Assembly (NCBI RefSeq): GCF_006345805.1
Contig: NC_043013.1
Location: 33,976,001 to 34,040,000 of the forward strand
Origin: Octopus sinensis
Taxonomy: Eukaryota
DNA: 64,000 bases
Direction of reading: 5' to 3'
Part shown: positions 24,031 to 37,320 of the stretch, piece after piece
How the letters are laid out: each line of letters begins with the position of its first letter
Numbering within the stretch: position 1 is the stretch's first letter
Notes under the pieces: model-generated
What the model was told of the DNA's origin: nothing
The model's input: the letters and a program-made list of their open reading frames with translations, nothing else
Databases searched by the model: none
Position numbers and translations under genes: made by a program

Positions 24031-24634
24031 TAATGAAGAGATAAAAAAATTTTTTTTCCAAAATTCTGATGACTTTTTTTCTCAATATATATATATATGT
24101 ATATGCTTGTGTGTCTGTGTTTGTCTACCCTCACCATCACTTGACAACTGATGTTAGTGTGTTTATGTCCTTGTAACTTAGCAGTTTGGCAAAAGAGACT
24201 GATAGAATAAGTACTAGGCTTACAAGGAATAAGTCCTGGGGTTGATCTGTTCGGCTAAAGGCGGTGCTCCAGCATGGCCACTGTCAAATGACTGAAACAA
24301 ATAAACGAATTAAAGAATATATATACATATACATATATATATATGTCTTTGTGTGTTTTATTTGTCCTCCCCACCACCATTGGTTGACAACTGCTGTTGG
24401 TGTGTTTATGTTCCTGTAGCACGTTTTATTTATTTACTATTTTGCATATTATTAAATCATTGTTATATTTTTTATCTTATATTTAATCTCTCTATAATAT
24501 GTAATTTTTCATTATTGAATTGATAAATGGTGGGGTTGTTTTTTCTAATTTATATATATATATACTTATATATACACATATATAAAATCCTTAAACCTTA
24601 AAAATGTTTTAGCCCAAAGGCCGCGGCCATGCTG

Positions 24635-24669
<35 letters not shown>

Positions 24670-24673
<4 letters not shown>

Positions 24674-25070
24674 CACACATACACACACACATACATATAT
24701 GTACAATAGGGTTTTGTACAGTTTCCTTGTATCAAAGTCAGTCACAAGGCATTGGTGTGCCCAAGGCTTATATTAGAAAGCATTGCCCAATGTACCTTGC
24801 ACTGGGAGTGAACCCAAACCATATAGTTGCAATGCTAATCTTGCTTTACAGTTCATCTTTTTCTGTCTTTTATTATTCCAGTCATGAGACTCTGGCCATA
24901 CTGGGGCACCACCTTAAGAATTTTAGTCAAATGATTTGACCTCAGTATACTTTTTATAAGCCTGGTACTTATTCAATCATTTTTTTTTTTGATGAACCGT
25001 TGAGTTATGGTGCCATAAATACACCAACACCAGTTGTAAAGTGGATGTAGAGGACAAACACAGACACAAA

Positions 25071-25115
<45 letters not shown>

Positions 25116-26235
25116 GGCAGGCAGGCTACTTTCTGTTTTTTTACTCTACCAAATTTACTCACAAGGATTTGATTGGCCAAAGCCACAGAAGACACTTGTC
25201 CAAAGTGCACTACAGTAGGACTGAACCCAGAACCATGTGGTTGGCAAACAAACTTCTTACCACACAGCCACTCTTTGGTGCCAGACAAAGTACTAGTATT
25301 GATGAAAACAAATGAAGCACTCAAACTGGTGCTCCAGTCTGACAACCATCAAATGAATGAATTCAATAAACCAATTGTTGAATGCATATATGAAGATATG
25401 ACAGCCTGCGAAGTAAATTTTGTTTCCTGATATCAGCATAGTTCTTGCTGTTATGCAATATGTTTCAAAATAGTGGATAAATGAAATATTGTGTTTTAAT
25501 CTTGTTATTTAGCCCCAGGTCAGTCCTGGCTGTGCATGACTATAAACGAACCTTATTGGCAATGGCAATCCTTTATTTGATAGTTTATATCTGACAAGAT
25601 AAGCTAATATTCTTTTATGCTTTCACTGGTATAACTCACTGGACAGCAGCCATTCTGGGGTACTACATTTCAGAGATTTTTTGTTGATCACATGAACAAA
25701 GTGATTACATCAGTTCATAGCTAATTCATCGATTTCTTTTTGTTGAACTGCTAAGCTATGATATTAAGGGAGACAACAGAAATAATAAATAGTCACTAAC
25801 CTGCACTGACATAAACACATGCGCACACACACTACACTTACAAACACATACACACACACATATACGTATATACAAACACACACACATACACACACATATA
25901 TTTACATGACAAGATATAATTTTTGCTATCATTGTTGTTGTTGTTGGTATTCTGGTGGCTGTTGCTGCTGCTAGTATTAATGTTACCTCATTAGTCTGGT
26001 AATTCTTATTGTTCCGTCTTTGAACGTTGTTATAATGTACTTTAATTGCGGAAGCTCAAAGAAGATAAACATTTTATACCACAATAACAATCACTTATCA
26101 GAAAAAACACTTACACACAAACATATCTATTGGCAGAAAAACACACATGTATTCACTCTCTCACACACACTCACAATACAAACAACCATTGGGCAAACAC
26201 ATTCTCTCTCTCTCTCTCTCTTTTCTCTCTGATAT

Positions 26236-26277
<42 letters not shown>

Positions 26278-27840
26278 ATATACATACACACATACACACA
26301 CACATACATATATGTACAATAGGGTTTTGTACAGTTTCCTTGTATCAAAGTCAGTCACAAGGCATTGGTGTGCCCAAGGCTTATATTAGAAAGCATTGCC
26401 CAATGTACCTTGCACTGGGAGTGAACCCAAACCATATAGTTGCAATGCTAATCTTGCTTTACAGTTCATCTTTTTCTGTCTTTTATTATTCCAGTCATGA
26501 GACTCTGGCCATGCTGGGGCACCACCTTAAGAATTTTAGTCAAATGATTTGACCTCAGTATACTTTTTATAAGCCTGGTACTTATTCAATCATTTTTTTT
26601 TTTGATGAACCGTTGAGTTATGGTGCCATAAATACACCAACACCAGTTGTAAAGTGGATGTAGAGGACAAACACAGACACAAAGACACACACACACCACA
26701 CACACAACACACACACACACACACATATGGCAGGCAGGCTACTTTCTGTTTTTTTACTCTACCAAATTTACTCACAAGGATTTGATTGGCCAAAGCCACA
26801 GAGACACTTGTCCAAAGTGCACTACAGTAGGACTGAACCCAGAACCATGTGGTTGGCAAACAAACTTCTTACCACACAGCCACTCTTTGGTGCCAGACAA
26901 AGTACTAGTATTGATGAAAACAAATGAAGCACTCAAACTTGGTGCTCCAGTCTGACAACCATCAAATGAATGAATTCAATAAACCAATTGTTGAATGCAT
27001 ATATGAAGATATGACAGCCTTGCGAAGTAAATTTTGTTTCCTGATATCAGCATAGTTCTTGCTGTTATGCAATATGTTTCAAAATAGTGGATAAATGAAA
27101 TATTGTGTTTTAATCTTGTTATTTAGCCCCAGGTCAGTCCTGGCTGTGCATGACTATAAACGAACCTTATTGGCAATGGCAATCCTTTATTTGATAGTTT
27201 ATATCTGACAAGATAAGCTAATATTCTTTTATGCTTTCACTGGTATAACTCACTGGACAGCAGCCATTCTGGGGTACTACATTTCAGAGATTTTTTGTTG
27301 ATCACATTGAACAAAGTGATTACATCAGTTCATAGCTAATTCATCGATTTCTTTTTGTTGAACTGCTAAGCTATGATATTAAGGGAGACAACAGAAATAA
27401 TAAATAGTCACTAACCTGCACTGACATAAACACATGCGCACACACACTACACTTACAAACACATACACACACACATATACGTATATACAAACACACACAC
27501 ATACACACACATATATTTACATGACAAGATATAATTTTTGCTATCATTGTTGTTGTTGTTGGTATTCTGGTGGCTGTTGCTGCTGCTAGTATTAATGTTA
27601 CCTCATTAGTCTGGTAATTCTTATTGTTCCGTCTTTGAACGTTGTTATAATGTACTTTAATTGCGGAAGCTCAAAGAAGATAAACATTTTATACCACAAT
27701 ACAATCACTTATCAGAAAAAACACTTACACACAAACATATCTATTGGCAGAAAAACAACATGTATTCACTCTCTCACACACACTCACAATACAAACAACC
27801 ATTGGGCAAACACATTCTCTCTCTCTCTCTTTTCTCTCTG

Positions 27841-27890
<50 letters not shown>
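24670..27890. repeat. Tandem duplication, two near-identical units of about 1.61 kb
   Basis: The anchor GTACAATAGGG is at 24701 and 26314 (offset 1613). Units include degraded family A SINEs and differ mostly by 1-nt indels. Confidence 0.95.
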
Positions 27891-27895
<5 letters not shown>

Positions 27896-28061
27896 ATATA
27901 CACACACACTAACACACATTTATATATGTATATATATATGTATGTATTCATATATATATATATACATATACACAATGTTCAATCAATGTCAAACTATATA
28001 TACATGCAGCTGTCTGTATATTTGTTTTACCATTTATTTGAATTAAGATGAAAAAGCATAT

Positions 28062-28166
<105 letters not shown>

Positions 28167-28338
28167 TGTACGTATGTATATATATATATGTATATATATA
28201 TATAATGTATATATATATATGTATATATATAAATGTATATATATATACATATATGTACGTATGTATATATATATGTATGCATATGTATGTGCGTATGAAT
28301 ATCTATCTGTATAAATATATACACACATATTCATACAA

Positions 28339-28377
<39 letters not shown>

Positions 28378-28859
28378 CACATGTACATATACGTATATGC
28401 AAACATACACACACACACACACATACAACACAAACATACTCTTACATACACAAGTACATTCATGTCAAGATATATAATGCTTTGATATGTACATTCATAT
28501 ACTATATAAATCAAACATAATTATTATAGCTACGTAATCGTGCCTGGAACAATGTACAAATATGTGCCGAGATGATTTCTGAAGATACTGGTTTTCACGT
28601 GTATACCAGCTCACTCTTTTCCATGTGTGTGTTTGTGAGAGCTGCTGTGTATGTGAATGGACCACCTATACACACACACATATATATAATTTTATCTTGG
28701 GAGGTTCATTATGCCAATATATATATATAGTGGAGGTGTATGGCTTTGTGGTTAGGAGTTGCACTCGTAATCATAAGGATGTGGTTTTGATTTCAGGATC
28801 TGAAAATGTGTTGTGTTCTTGAGCAAAGCACTCCATTCCCCATTGCTCCAGCCTGCTCA

Positions 28860-29208
28860 ACATCATCATCATCATCATCATGGTTTAACATCTGCTTTCC
28901 ATGCTAGCATGGGTTGGACGATTTGGCTGAGGACTGGCGAACCAGATGGCTGCACCAGTATCGAATCTGATCTGGCAGTTTCTACAGCTGGATACCCTTC
29001 CTAACGCCAACCACTCCGAGAGTATAGTGGGTGCATTTATGTGGCACCAGCACGAGGACCAATCATGCAGTACTGGCAATGGCCATGTTCAAATGGTGTT
29101 TTTTACATGCCACCTGCACAGGACCCAGTCCAGCAGCATTAGCAACGACCTTGCTCGAATGATTTTTCACGTGCCACCGGCACAAGTGCCAGTAAGGCGA
29201 TGCTGGTA
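28860..29208 (-). mobile_element. SINE family D, longest copy, with internal GTGCC..GGCAC subrepeats
   Basis: (CAT)n tail on the plus strand, GGTTGGCGTTAGGAAGGG block on the minus strand and several TTTT(A/C)(C/T)GTGCCACC subunits. A family C head abuts it at 28730-28858. Confidence 0.8.
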
Positions 29209-31489
29209 GCTTGTACAAAATAAGTATTCCTGCAGTAGAATGGCGTCCCATCCAAGAATTGGGAATTGATATACAACAGAACTCAGAAAGGTTATGCATC
29301 TGTAGCTCAAAGACACCTTTGTATGTGTATATACTTCTCACATACACACACACATACATACATACATACATACATACATACATCATAATACATACATACA
29401 TACAACATACATACATACATACATACATACATACATACATACATACATGTATATGTATGTAGAACTTTTAAATGTTCATTTCTTCAGATGAATCAAGTTT
29501 CCTCTGAAGTGCAAGTTGAAGTACTCTGGCTCTGTGAAGGATACAATATATTAAATATACCAATTTCATTTTGCTTAACACACTACCATCTCTTTATTAG
29601 TGAATTACAAATATCTCTTTTCCAAAAACTCAAAGCAAATTTTATTGTAATGATAACAACTTAGTAATGCATTACAACAGGTAAATGTTTCTGTGAAGAC
29701 TATACTGGACAAACAAGCATGTCACCTAGGAAGAGAATGTTGGTACACCAAAAGCAGATCAGGGAACCATATGCAAGAATAAGTCCCTTGAGTCTGTGTA
29801 TAGAAATTTTGGAGGAGTAGTTTTACTAAATGATTCAGTCTCTCGATTCTAAAATATACTGACTCAATAATGGAAAAGTAATAAAACAATAAAAGAAACA
29901 TATTTTAATTAACCTAAAATACTGATTATATTCCTATCTTCTATTTTTAAAAATCTAACCACTGATTTGACACATGCTGTGTAAAGCTGATTTTTTTTTT
30001 TTTATCAGAAATTTGTTACAAGTTTATCAGATATCTAAATTAAATATCCTTCCTCCTAGAAAGAAAGAACCTTTATTTTGTATAAATCAGAATATAACTT
30101 ATTGAAAAAAAATAACCAATATATGTCTCTATCAAAACAAAATATGTGATATGAAACACACAAAGCAGCATTACATACCTAGTGTGAACATGACATAAGC
30201 AACATTTCTATTTTAAAATTAATCCAACATGTTTCTTCCACCACATGGACTAATAGATGCATTGATGAACATAATTTAAACTTCACAAAGGTGAAAACTG
30301 TAAACTGGCTAATAAAATGTAGTTTCACTTTCCCTTTCTCATTTTCTGCAAAACTTTATTGAAACATACGCAAGTAGTTTTACACTAATACTTGTTAATT
30401 TACAAACATAATTTTATATCTTCAATTTCATAATCTTCAAATTCCAACTTATATTTAAAAAGGTCACACTTGCTGGACAATGTAGATCAAGAATCACACT
30501 GACAAGAAAAAATGGGAGTAATCATAGAAAGAACGTTTTTGATAATGGGTTCAACCACTCCAATTGGTGAACTGTGGTATAAACCACAATATCCTCATGC
30601 TCTTGTGCTAACTAAAATTTATCTGGAGAATAGGTCTATGATTTCAATCACAAATGAAACCCAGATTACATAGAGGATTCCCATTTGCAATTTGTTGCTG
30701 TAAAAATTTTATCATTTTCTCTATGGAAAAAAGGACAATAAATATGATACAATATTCTATCAGATCTCACAGAAAAGCAATGGCAATCACTTTGTCGTGG
30801 AATTTTGTGGTTACATTTTGAAAAAAACATTCTTTTAAAAGTTATAACAAATTCTTAAGAGAAAGAAAATTAATAGAAAGACTGAAGAGAGATGAATAAA
30901 CCACAGTACTTCTCTGTTGATTTATTTTCAGACTTGTGTGTGTGTGTATGTGTGTGTGTGTGTGTGTGTGTGTTTGCATGTGTGTACGTATGTGTGCATG
31001 CATACATGTGTACATGTATGCTTGTTTGTGTGTGCATGTGTGTAATTCCAAAACAGTCCAACATCAGTTGTTCTTTAGATTTCCTGCATCCAAGCTATCT
31101 ATCTAGTTCTCATAGCCAAATCCCTTGGAATACAAGAGAAAAATTGGAAATGCCAAAGCAAGACCCCTAACAGACAGTAAAAAGTAAATCCAAAAGTAAT
31201 TCTACCAAAGACAAATGTCTTAGCAAGAGAAATCTACCACTAAATGGAAAGCAATCATGATCAATATGCACAAAGAAATATGTAAGAATTCTGGATTCAA
31301 TGTAAGGATTCAGTGTAACTAGTAGGATACCAGAGATGAAACAAAAATACATGCACACTTAAAAAATATGAACTTCAAGAGTAGCAGCTACACAAGTATG
31401 GTTAGTAGTCAGACCAACATTTTTCAGATTATGGGTAGGCTCATTACAAATGGCTAGAAACTCCTGTTATCAAGATGATTTAATCAATT

Positions 31490-31600
31490 GTTTATGGCCA
31501 TATCACTTTGAAAACAATGGTTCTTGTTCGATCACCGAAGTTAAGCAACATCGAGTCTAGTTAGTACTTAGATGGGTGACCAGTTTGGAAACCTAGGTCT
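31490..31600 (+). pseudogene. 5S rRNA pseudogene (or 5S-derived SINE head)
   Basis: TATGGCCATATCACTTTGAAAACAATGGTTCTTGTTCGATCACCGAAGTTAAGCAAC..GTTAGTACTTAGATGGGTGACC matches the invertebrate 5S consensus, including box A and box C. It has many substitutions and a degraded 3' end. Confidence 0.85.
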
Positions 31601-31619
31601 TTCTATCCTTTTATAAGTG

Positions 31620-32192
31620 CAGGAGTGTCTGTGTGGTAAGTAGCTTGCTTACCAGCCACATGGTTCCGGGTTCGCTCCCACTGCATGGCACCTTGGGCAA
31701 GTGTCTTCTACTATAGCCTCGGGTCGACCAAAGCCTTGTGAGTGGATTTGGTAGACAGAAACTGAAAGAAGCCCGTCGTATATATGAGTATATATATATA
31801 TATATAAAGGGAAAGTTTACGAAAATAAACAAAAGATGAAGGCAGGTGAAGTACAAAGAAACAAATGTATTAGTATAGCACTTAGGAATAGAAAAAGTCT
31901 TTTACGTTTCGAGCCTATGCTCTTCGACAGAAAGATACACAGAAAAAAAACAAGGAGAGAAAAAAGTGTATGTGTGTGTGTATGCTTGTGTGTCTGTGTT
32001 TGTCCCCCTAGCATTGCTTGACAACTAATGCTGGTGTGTTTACATCCCTGTAACTTAGCGGTGCAGGAAAAGAGACCGATAGAATAAGTACTAGGCTTCC
32101 AAAGAATAAGTCCTGGGGTCGATTTGCTTGGCTAAATGCGATGCTCCAGCATGGCTGCAATCAAATGACTGAAACAAGCAAAAGAATAAAAG
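31620..32192 (+). mobile_element. SINE family A split by an insertion in its internal (TA)n
   Basis: Head at 31620-31790, 3' half at 31970-32192, foreign segment at about 31806-31965 between them. Confidence 0.8.
31898..31935 (-). ncRNA. Atypical hammerhead-like motif (CUGUCGAA core) in a short non-autonomous element at 31806-31965
   Basis: UCUUU-CUGUCGAA-GAGC-AUAG-GCUC-GAA-ACGU-A-AAAGA. A homologue lies at 39017-39052. Confidence 0.45.
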
Positions 32193-32296
32193 AGTAATAG
32201 TAATAGTAAATATGAATTGCAATAGTATAGTAACCAGTGTCAGGAGAGGGCTTTGCAAGTTTATAGAATTATTGTTTTTGCAAATAAAGGGGTTAC

Positions 32297-32398
32297 AGTA
32301 TACTAATGGCTGCAAGTAAAGGGGTGATAGCATACTATTGCATTTTCTTCCATGCAGTAGTATATTATCACCCCTTTACTTACAGCTAATAGTATACT
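32297..32398. repeat. Hairpin inverted repeat (about 46-bp arms, 10-nt loop), MITE-like
   Basis: AGTATACTAATGGCTGCAAGTAAAGGGGTGATAGCATACTATTGCA and its diverged reverse complement. Confidence 0.8.
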
Positions 32399-32860
32399 AT
32401 TGTGCATTGAATGTAGAGGATGTATGAAGGCTGAAAGAAGATAGTGGAACCGTAGTAAAGACTTGTAGGCACATGGTATTTAGTTATGCAACCATAATAT
32501 ATTTAAGCATTTTTATAAGTCAATAACCATATTCTACTGTGTTAGCAGTGCGATTTACATCACTTGTTAAGGTAATCTCTACAAATATTCTATGGAAATT
32601 ATAGCCATCACTGATTTTTGTTATGACCTTTCTTATCCAAAACGTCAGATGTAAACAAACAATATGATCAAAGATGAAAAAATGGGTAATGGGCCCATAT
32701 GCCATATTTCGGGAGATTCTGTCCCTTTTATCAGCAACCATCTAACCCCTTAATCATGCACGAACTCCTTGATAAAATAGCCACAAAATACAGCTGTTTA
32801 ACGTTATTGGATATACCAACTGTACATAATAAACACATTCCTGGAAGCTGGTATATAAAT

Positions 32861-33536
32861 ATTCTTTTCTACTCTGGGCATAAGGTACGAAATTTTGGGG
32901 GAAGGAGGCTGGTCGATTAGATCGACCCAGTATGCAACTGGTGCTTAATTTATCGACCCTGAGAGAATGAAAGACAAAGTCAAACCTTGGTGGAATTTGG
33001 ACTCAGAATGTAAAGACAAACGAAATACCGCTAAGCCTTTTGCCCAGCATACTAACATTTCTGCCAGCTCGCTGCCTTTTTTTTAAAAGAGAATCTTTTC
33101 TACTCTAAGCACAAGGCCCGAGATTTTGGGGGAGGGGGCCAGTCGATTAGATCGACCCCAGTACACAGCTGGTACTTAATTTATCGACCCGAGAGGATGA
33201 ACAGCAAAGTCAACCGTGGTGGAATTTGGACTCAGAATGTAAAGACAGACGAAATACCGCTAAGCCTTTTGACCAGCATACTAACGTTTCTGCCAGCTCG
33301 CTGCCTTTTTTAAAAAGAGAATCTTTTCTACTCTAGGTACAAGGCCCGAGATTTTGGGGAAGGGGGGCAGTCGATTAGAAGGACCCCAGTACACAACTGG
33401 TACTTAATTTATCGACCCCAACAGAATGAAAGACAAAGTCAACCATGGTGGAATTTGAACTCAGAATGTAAAGTCAGACGAAATACCGTTAAGCATTTCA
33501 CCCGGTGTACTAACGTTTCTGCCCGATCACTGCCTT
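32861..33536 (-). mobile_element. Head-to-tail trimer of SINE family B (tail B1)
   Basis: Units start at 32861, 33093 and 33321. The two internal junctions share CTGCCTTTTT..AAAAGAGAATC. Confidence 0.9.
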
Positions 33537-33734
33537 CTGGTTCATAAATATTAATGGCTGATTGGTACGTGGTATCTTGCTATGTAAGCATAATATAATA
33601 CAAAGTATATTAAACGTTTTTATAAGTCAATACCATGTTTTACTGTGTTAGCTGTGCACTTTTACATTGTTTGTTAAGGTTATATTTGCAGCTCTTCTAT
33701 GGAAATTATATCCATGTCTGGATGTAAATTGTTC

Positions 33735-34135
33735 CTATAAATGAATGAATGGTGGAGCACAAATGATGTGAGAGAAAAACAAAATAGAAGAGAATTTGTG
33801 TGTAGTGGTTTAAGACCGAAGAGAGTGCTGGCGTTTGGATATGTGATGTATATGAAGGACAACACCAGGGCAAACAGTGGCATAGGAGATCCTCGTAGAA
33901 AGAAGATTGTGGAAAATAAGAGTAAGGATCTCTGGCCAGGGTGGGGGGTTGAACTTTGCAAAGGAAGCGGCAGGGAGTTTACATCAGTTAGTGTGTGGTA
34001 TTCTGCTGCAGAAGACTTTTATACAAATCATATAAGCATAAAAAACACAGACATAAAAGGATGGTGGTGATGATGATGAGGATGATCATGACGATGAGGA
34101 TGACAATGACGATGACGATGACAACGACGACGATG
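33735..34135 (+). mobile_element. RTE-clade LINE 3' fragment, degraded
   Basis: Peptide remnants STNDVREKQ..LAFGYVMYMKDN..GDPRRK resemble the RTE C-terminal LR..L..RLRWFGHV.RM..GRP motif. It ends in a (GAT)n tail. Confidence 0.55.
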
Positions 34136-34739
34136 ACAATAATTATGAGGATGATGCTCATGTTTTGAGGTTCTTTCATTTTATATCACAATGCTTATAA
34201 TTATGTCATGATGTGTATACACGAGGATGTATCCGTATGCATATATGAATATGCATATCATGTTCTGTTTATGCATATGTTTGTGAAGAATGTGCATGAG
34301 TACATATTTTTTTTTGTTAATCAATCTGCTGCCATCAGTTTTCATATTAATCACTCTTTTGGCTTCATATAAATATTTGATAGAATGCAAAATATTGTAC
34401 TGACATTGCGAAAATGGAAGCCAATTATAATGGTTTAAAAGAGAAATTGCAAAACCAAATTGTTACGTAGACATAACTCCAAATATACATACAGATGTAT
34501 ATATTTTTTATATTATTACATATATATATCTGTATATTACATATATATATATGTGTGTGTGTGTGTATGTATATGTATACACATAGGTGTGTGTTTGTAT
34601 GTGTGAATGTGTGTCTATATATGTGTGTATGTATATGTATATATATATATATTTCTGTCTGTGTGTACATATTTACATCTCTCTATATATATGTATATAT
34701 ATGTGTGTGTATATATATGTGTGTATATATGTACATATC

Positions 34740-34822
<83 letters not shown>

Positions 34823-35541
34823 ATGTAATACATATATCTTTATGTATACAGACAGAAATGCATGTATATAGTCGCACACAAACACACACAATTTACTTAG
34901 TTGAGTAGTTATACGTTTATTTGTTCATATCATTCGTAAAATTCATATCATTGATATCATTCATATCATTGTTTATTTAGCCATTCACAAAACATTAGTT
35001 TGTGGTGCAAAAAAAAAGCAACTCAGTTTTTAGCGATGGTGATGGCGAATTTGAAACCCATAAAATATATACAATTCGACAAATTTATTCAAGTGCGACA
35101 CCAAAACTGAATATTTCTTAGTGTATAACAATAATGTATTATTCATCAGTTAGTTATATAAGTTCTTTTGGTTAGTTTTTTTTTTCTTGATTTTTTGTTG
35201 TTCTTTTTTTATACAGCAATTATTATTTTTATATCTGTTTTATGTTTATTTTTTTTAACTGATAGAAAAATGTTTGTATTGGGTTGGTGTTTTTTTTTTT
35301 GTTGTTGTTGTTGTTGAAGAAAAGTAAGATACAGGAAGAGAATGGTTCAGTTATGGTTTGGCTTGATTTTAGTTTCATTTGGATGAAAAAATTTTGGATC
35401 CTGTTTAATAAAATATGATTGAAGTATGTGAATAAGTTTGTTCTCATATACATAGACACACACGCACATATATATATATATGTGTGCATATATGTGTGCG
35501 TATGTGTACACACACACACATATACATATATATATATATAT

Positions 35542-35599
<58 letters not shown>

Positions 35600-36402
35600 C
35601 ATATATATGTATATATATGCAGTTATGGAAAAGTGAATGTTATGAGAATGATATAAATATATGTTTGAATATATAATCCAGAGAAACCTATTGAATAAAT
35701 AGTAGATTTTAGTCATTTATTCTCAATGTCTACCTATAATAATCAGAAAATGAGACAGTAATATGAACTAGAAAATCTCCTCACAATACCCCAATAAAGC
35801 AATGTTCCACCAAGCAAATTAATTTGCATTAAAACTCTGAAATGAGCAGTTTGAAACAGTTGGAATTTGTAAGCAAAACCTCTCAAATGATCCAAAATCC
35901 AAACAATGCTAGGTAAAGGAATACTACCTGTTCTTCACCTAAATCTAGCCGCAAATGTGAAACATCTCAATACATTATGGATACAATATTTTCAACAGGA
36001 ACAATGTAAATGTTAGCTACAGCTGCACAAGAAACATGCCATCCAAGCTATCTTAGAATTTATAAGTTGTGTTTATGTACATTAATATTTGTACATATTT
36101 GTTTATACATATACATGTGTGTGTTGTGTGTATGTATTTTTTTCTCTAGTTTCAGCTCAGAGCTGTGGCCATGCTGATGTATATGTATGTGTGTGTGTGT
36201 ATATATATATATATAATATATATATATATATATGTGTGTGTGTGGTGTGTGTGTGTGTTATGTAGGTGTCAGTTAGAGGAGTTTAAAACCTCTTAGGAAT
36301 AAATAAATCCAATGCCGCTGCTGGTAGTTACCTGAGTCAGTACAGTCCTTTGTAAAGGTGCACGGCAGCAGGTAGTTCAGTGAGTAAACCGTAGTTTAGG
36401 TT

Positions 36403-36620
36403 ATATATAAGAAGAAAATGGATGTAAATAACAAAGAGAAACTCGTTGGTTCTGCTGGTATGCCTTTAATCTAATTAATTAACAAAGAAGAAGGTAGCAT
36501 TTACGATCGTTTCAATTTACTAGTTTTACTAAAACTACTAAATTAATTAAATTAAAGGCATACCAGCGAAAATGACGAGTTTCTCCTTGTTATTTACATC
36601 CATTTTCTTCTCGTATATAT
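36403..36620. repeat. Fold-back inverted repeat (about 70-bp arms, 60-nt spacer) flanked by TA runs
   Basis: GAAGAAAATGGATGTAAATAACAA..CTGGTATGCCTTTAAT..AATTAATT at 36411-36480 versus its reverse complement at 36541-36611. Confidence 0.85.
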
Positions 36621-36646
36621 TTATATATACATACAGACAGACAGAC

Positions 36647-36693
<47 letters not shown>

Positions 36694-37275
36694 GAGAGAG
36701 AAATTAAAGTTATCACCAAAAACTTAGTCCCATATCTCATATAAGCACCATAACCAAATTATGTCTCCCCATGCCATATTTTTCAAAAATCTCTCTAGTA
36801 AATTTGGAAGAATATATACTGCAACCAAGTGGCCTTATATTTGAAAAGTGCTATGACAAATATCACCTTTAAAGACAAAAATAAATGCCTAATACACAAA
36901 ACTCCATAACTAAAAATAGTCTTTGCAGTATTATCTGGTTTATACCCCCATACTTATTAAATGTGAAGTCCAGCAAAGCTAAAAGCTTCTTGGTACTAAT
37001 AAAACCTTTCCAACCCATGGGAATTCAATACAAGCAGTTTGAAAATGATTTATTGTTGCATTTTGAATATACAAAACAGCAAAACATATAAATCATGAAG
37101 ATGAACAGAAACGGAATGCCCATGCCAAGAGAGAGAGGCATGCCAGCTCAAATAATGTTAAAATGCTAAGGCAGTAGTATATGAAGGCAACGTTATCTAT
37201 AGTAAGATGGCCTGAAGTTATGCCTTCATTCTTGAGGAGATGACTAATACATGCTGCGTGGAAATATAATTTATA

Positions 37276-37320
<45 letters not shown>

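Noticed and set aside
31120-31400. Tc1/mariner transposase fragment
   Set aside because: The initial resemblance (IAKSLG) did not extend to any diagnostic HTH or DDE motif.
35090-35160. CUGAUGA on the minus strand at about 35143 as an HHR
   Set aside because: The stem I and stem III pairings required around the downstream GAAAU do not form.
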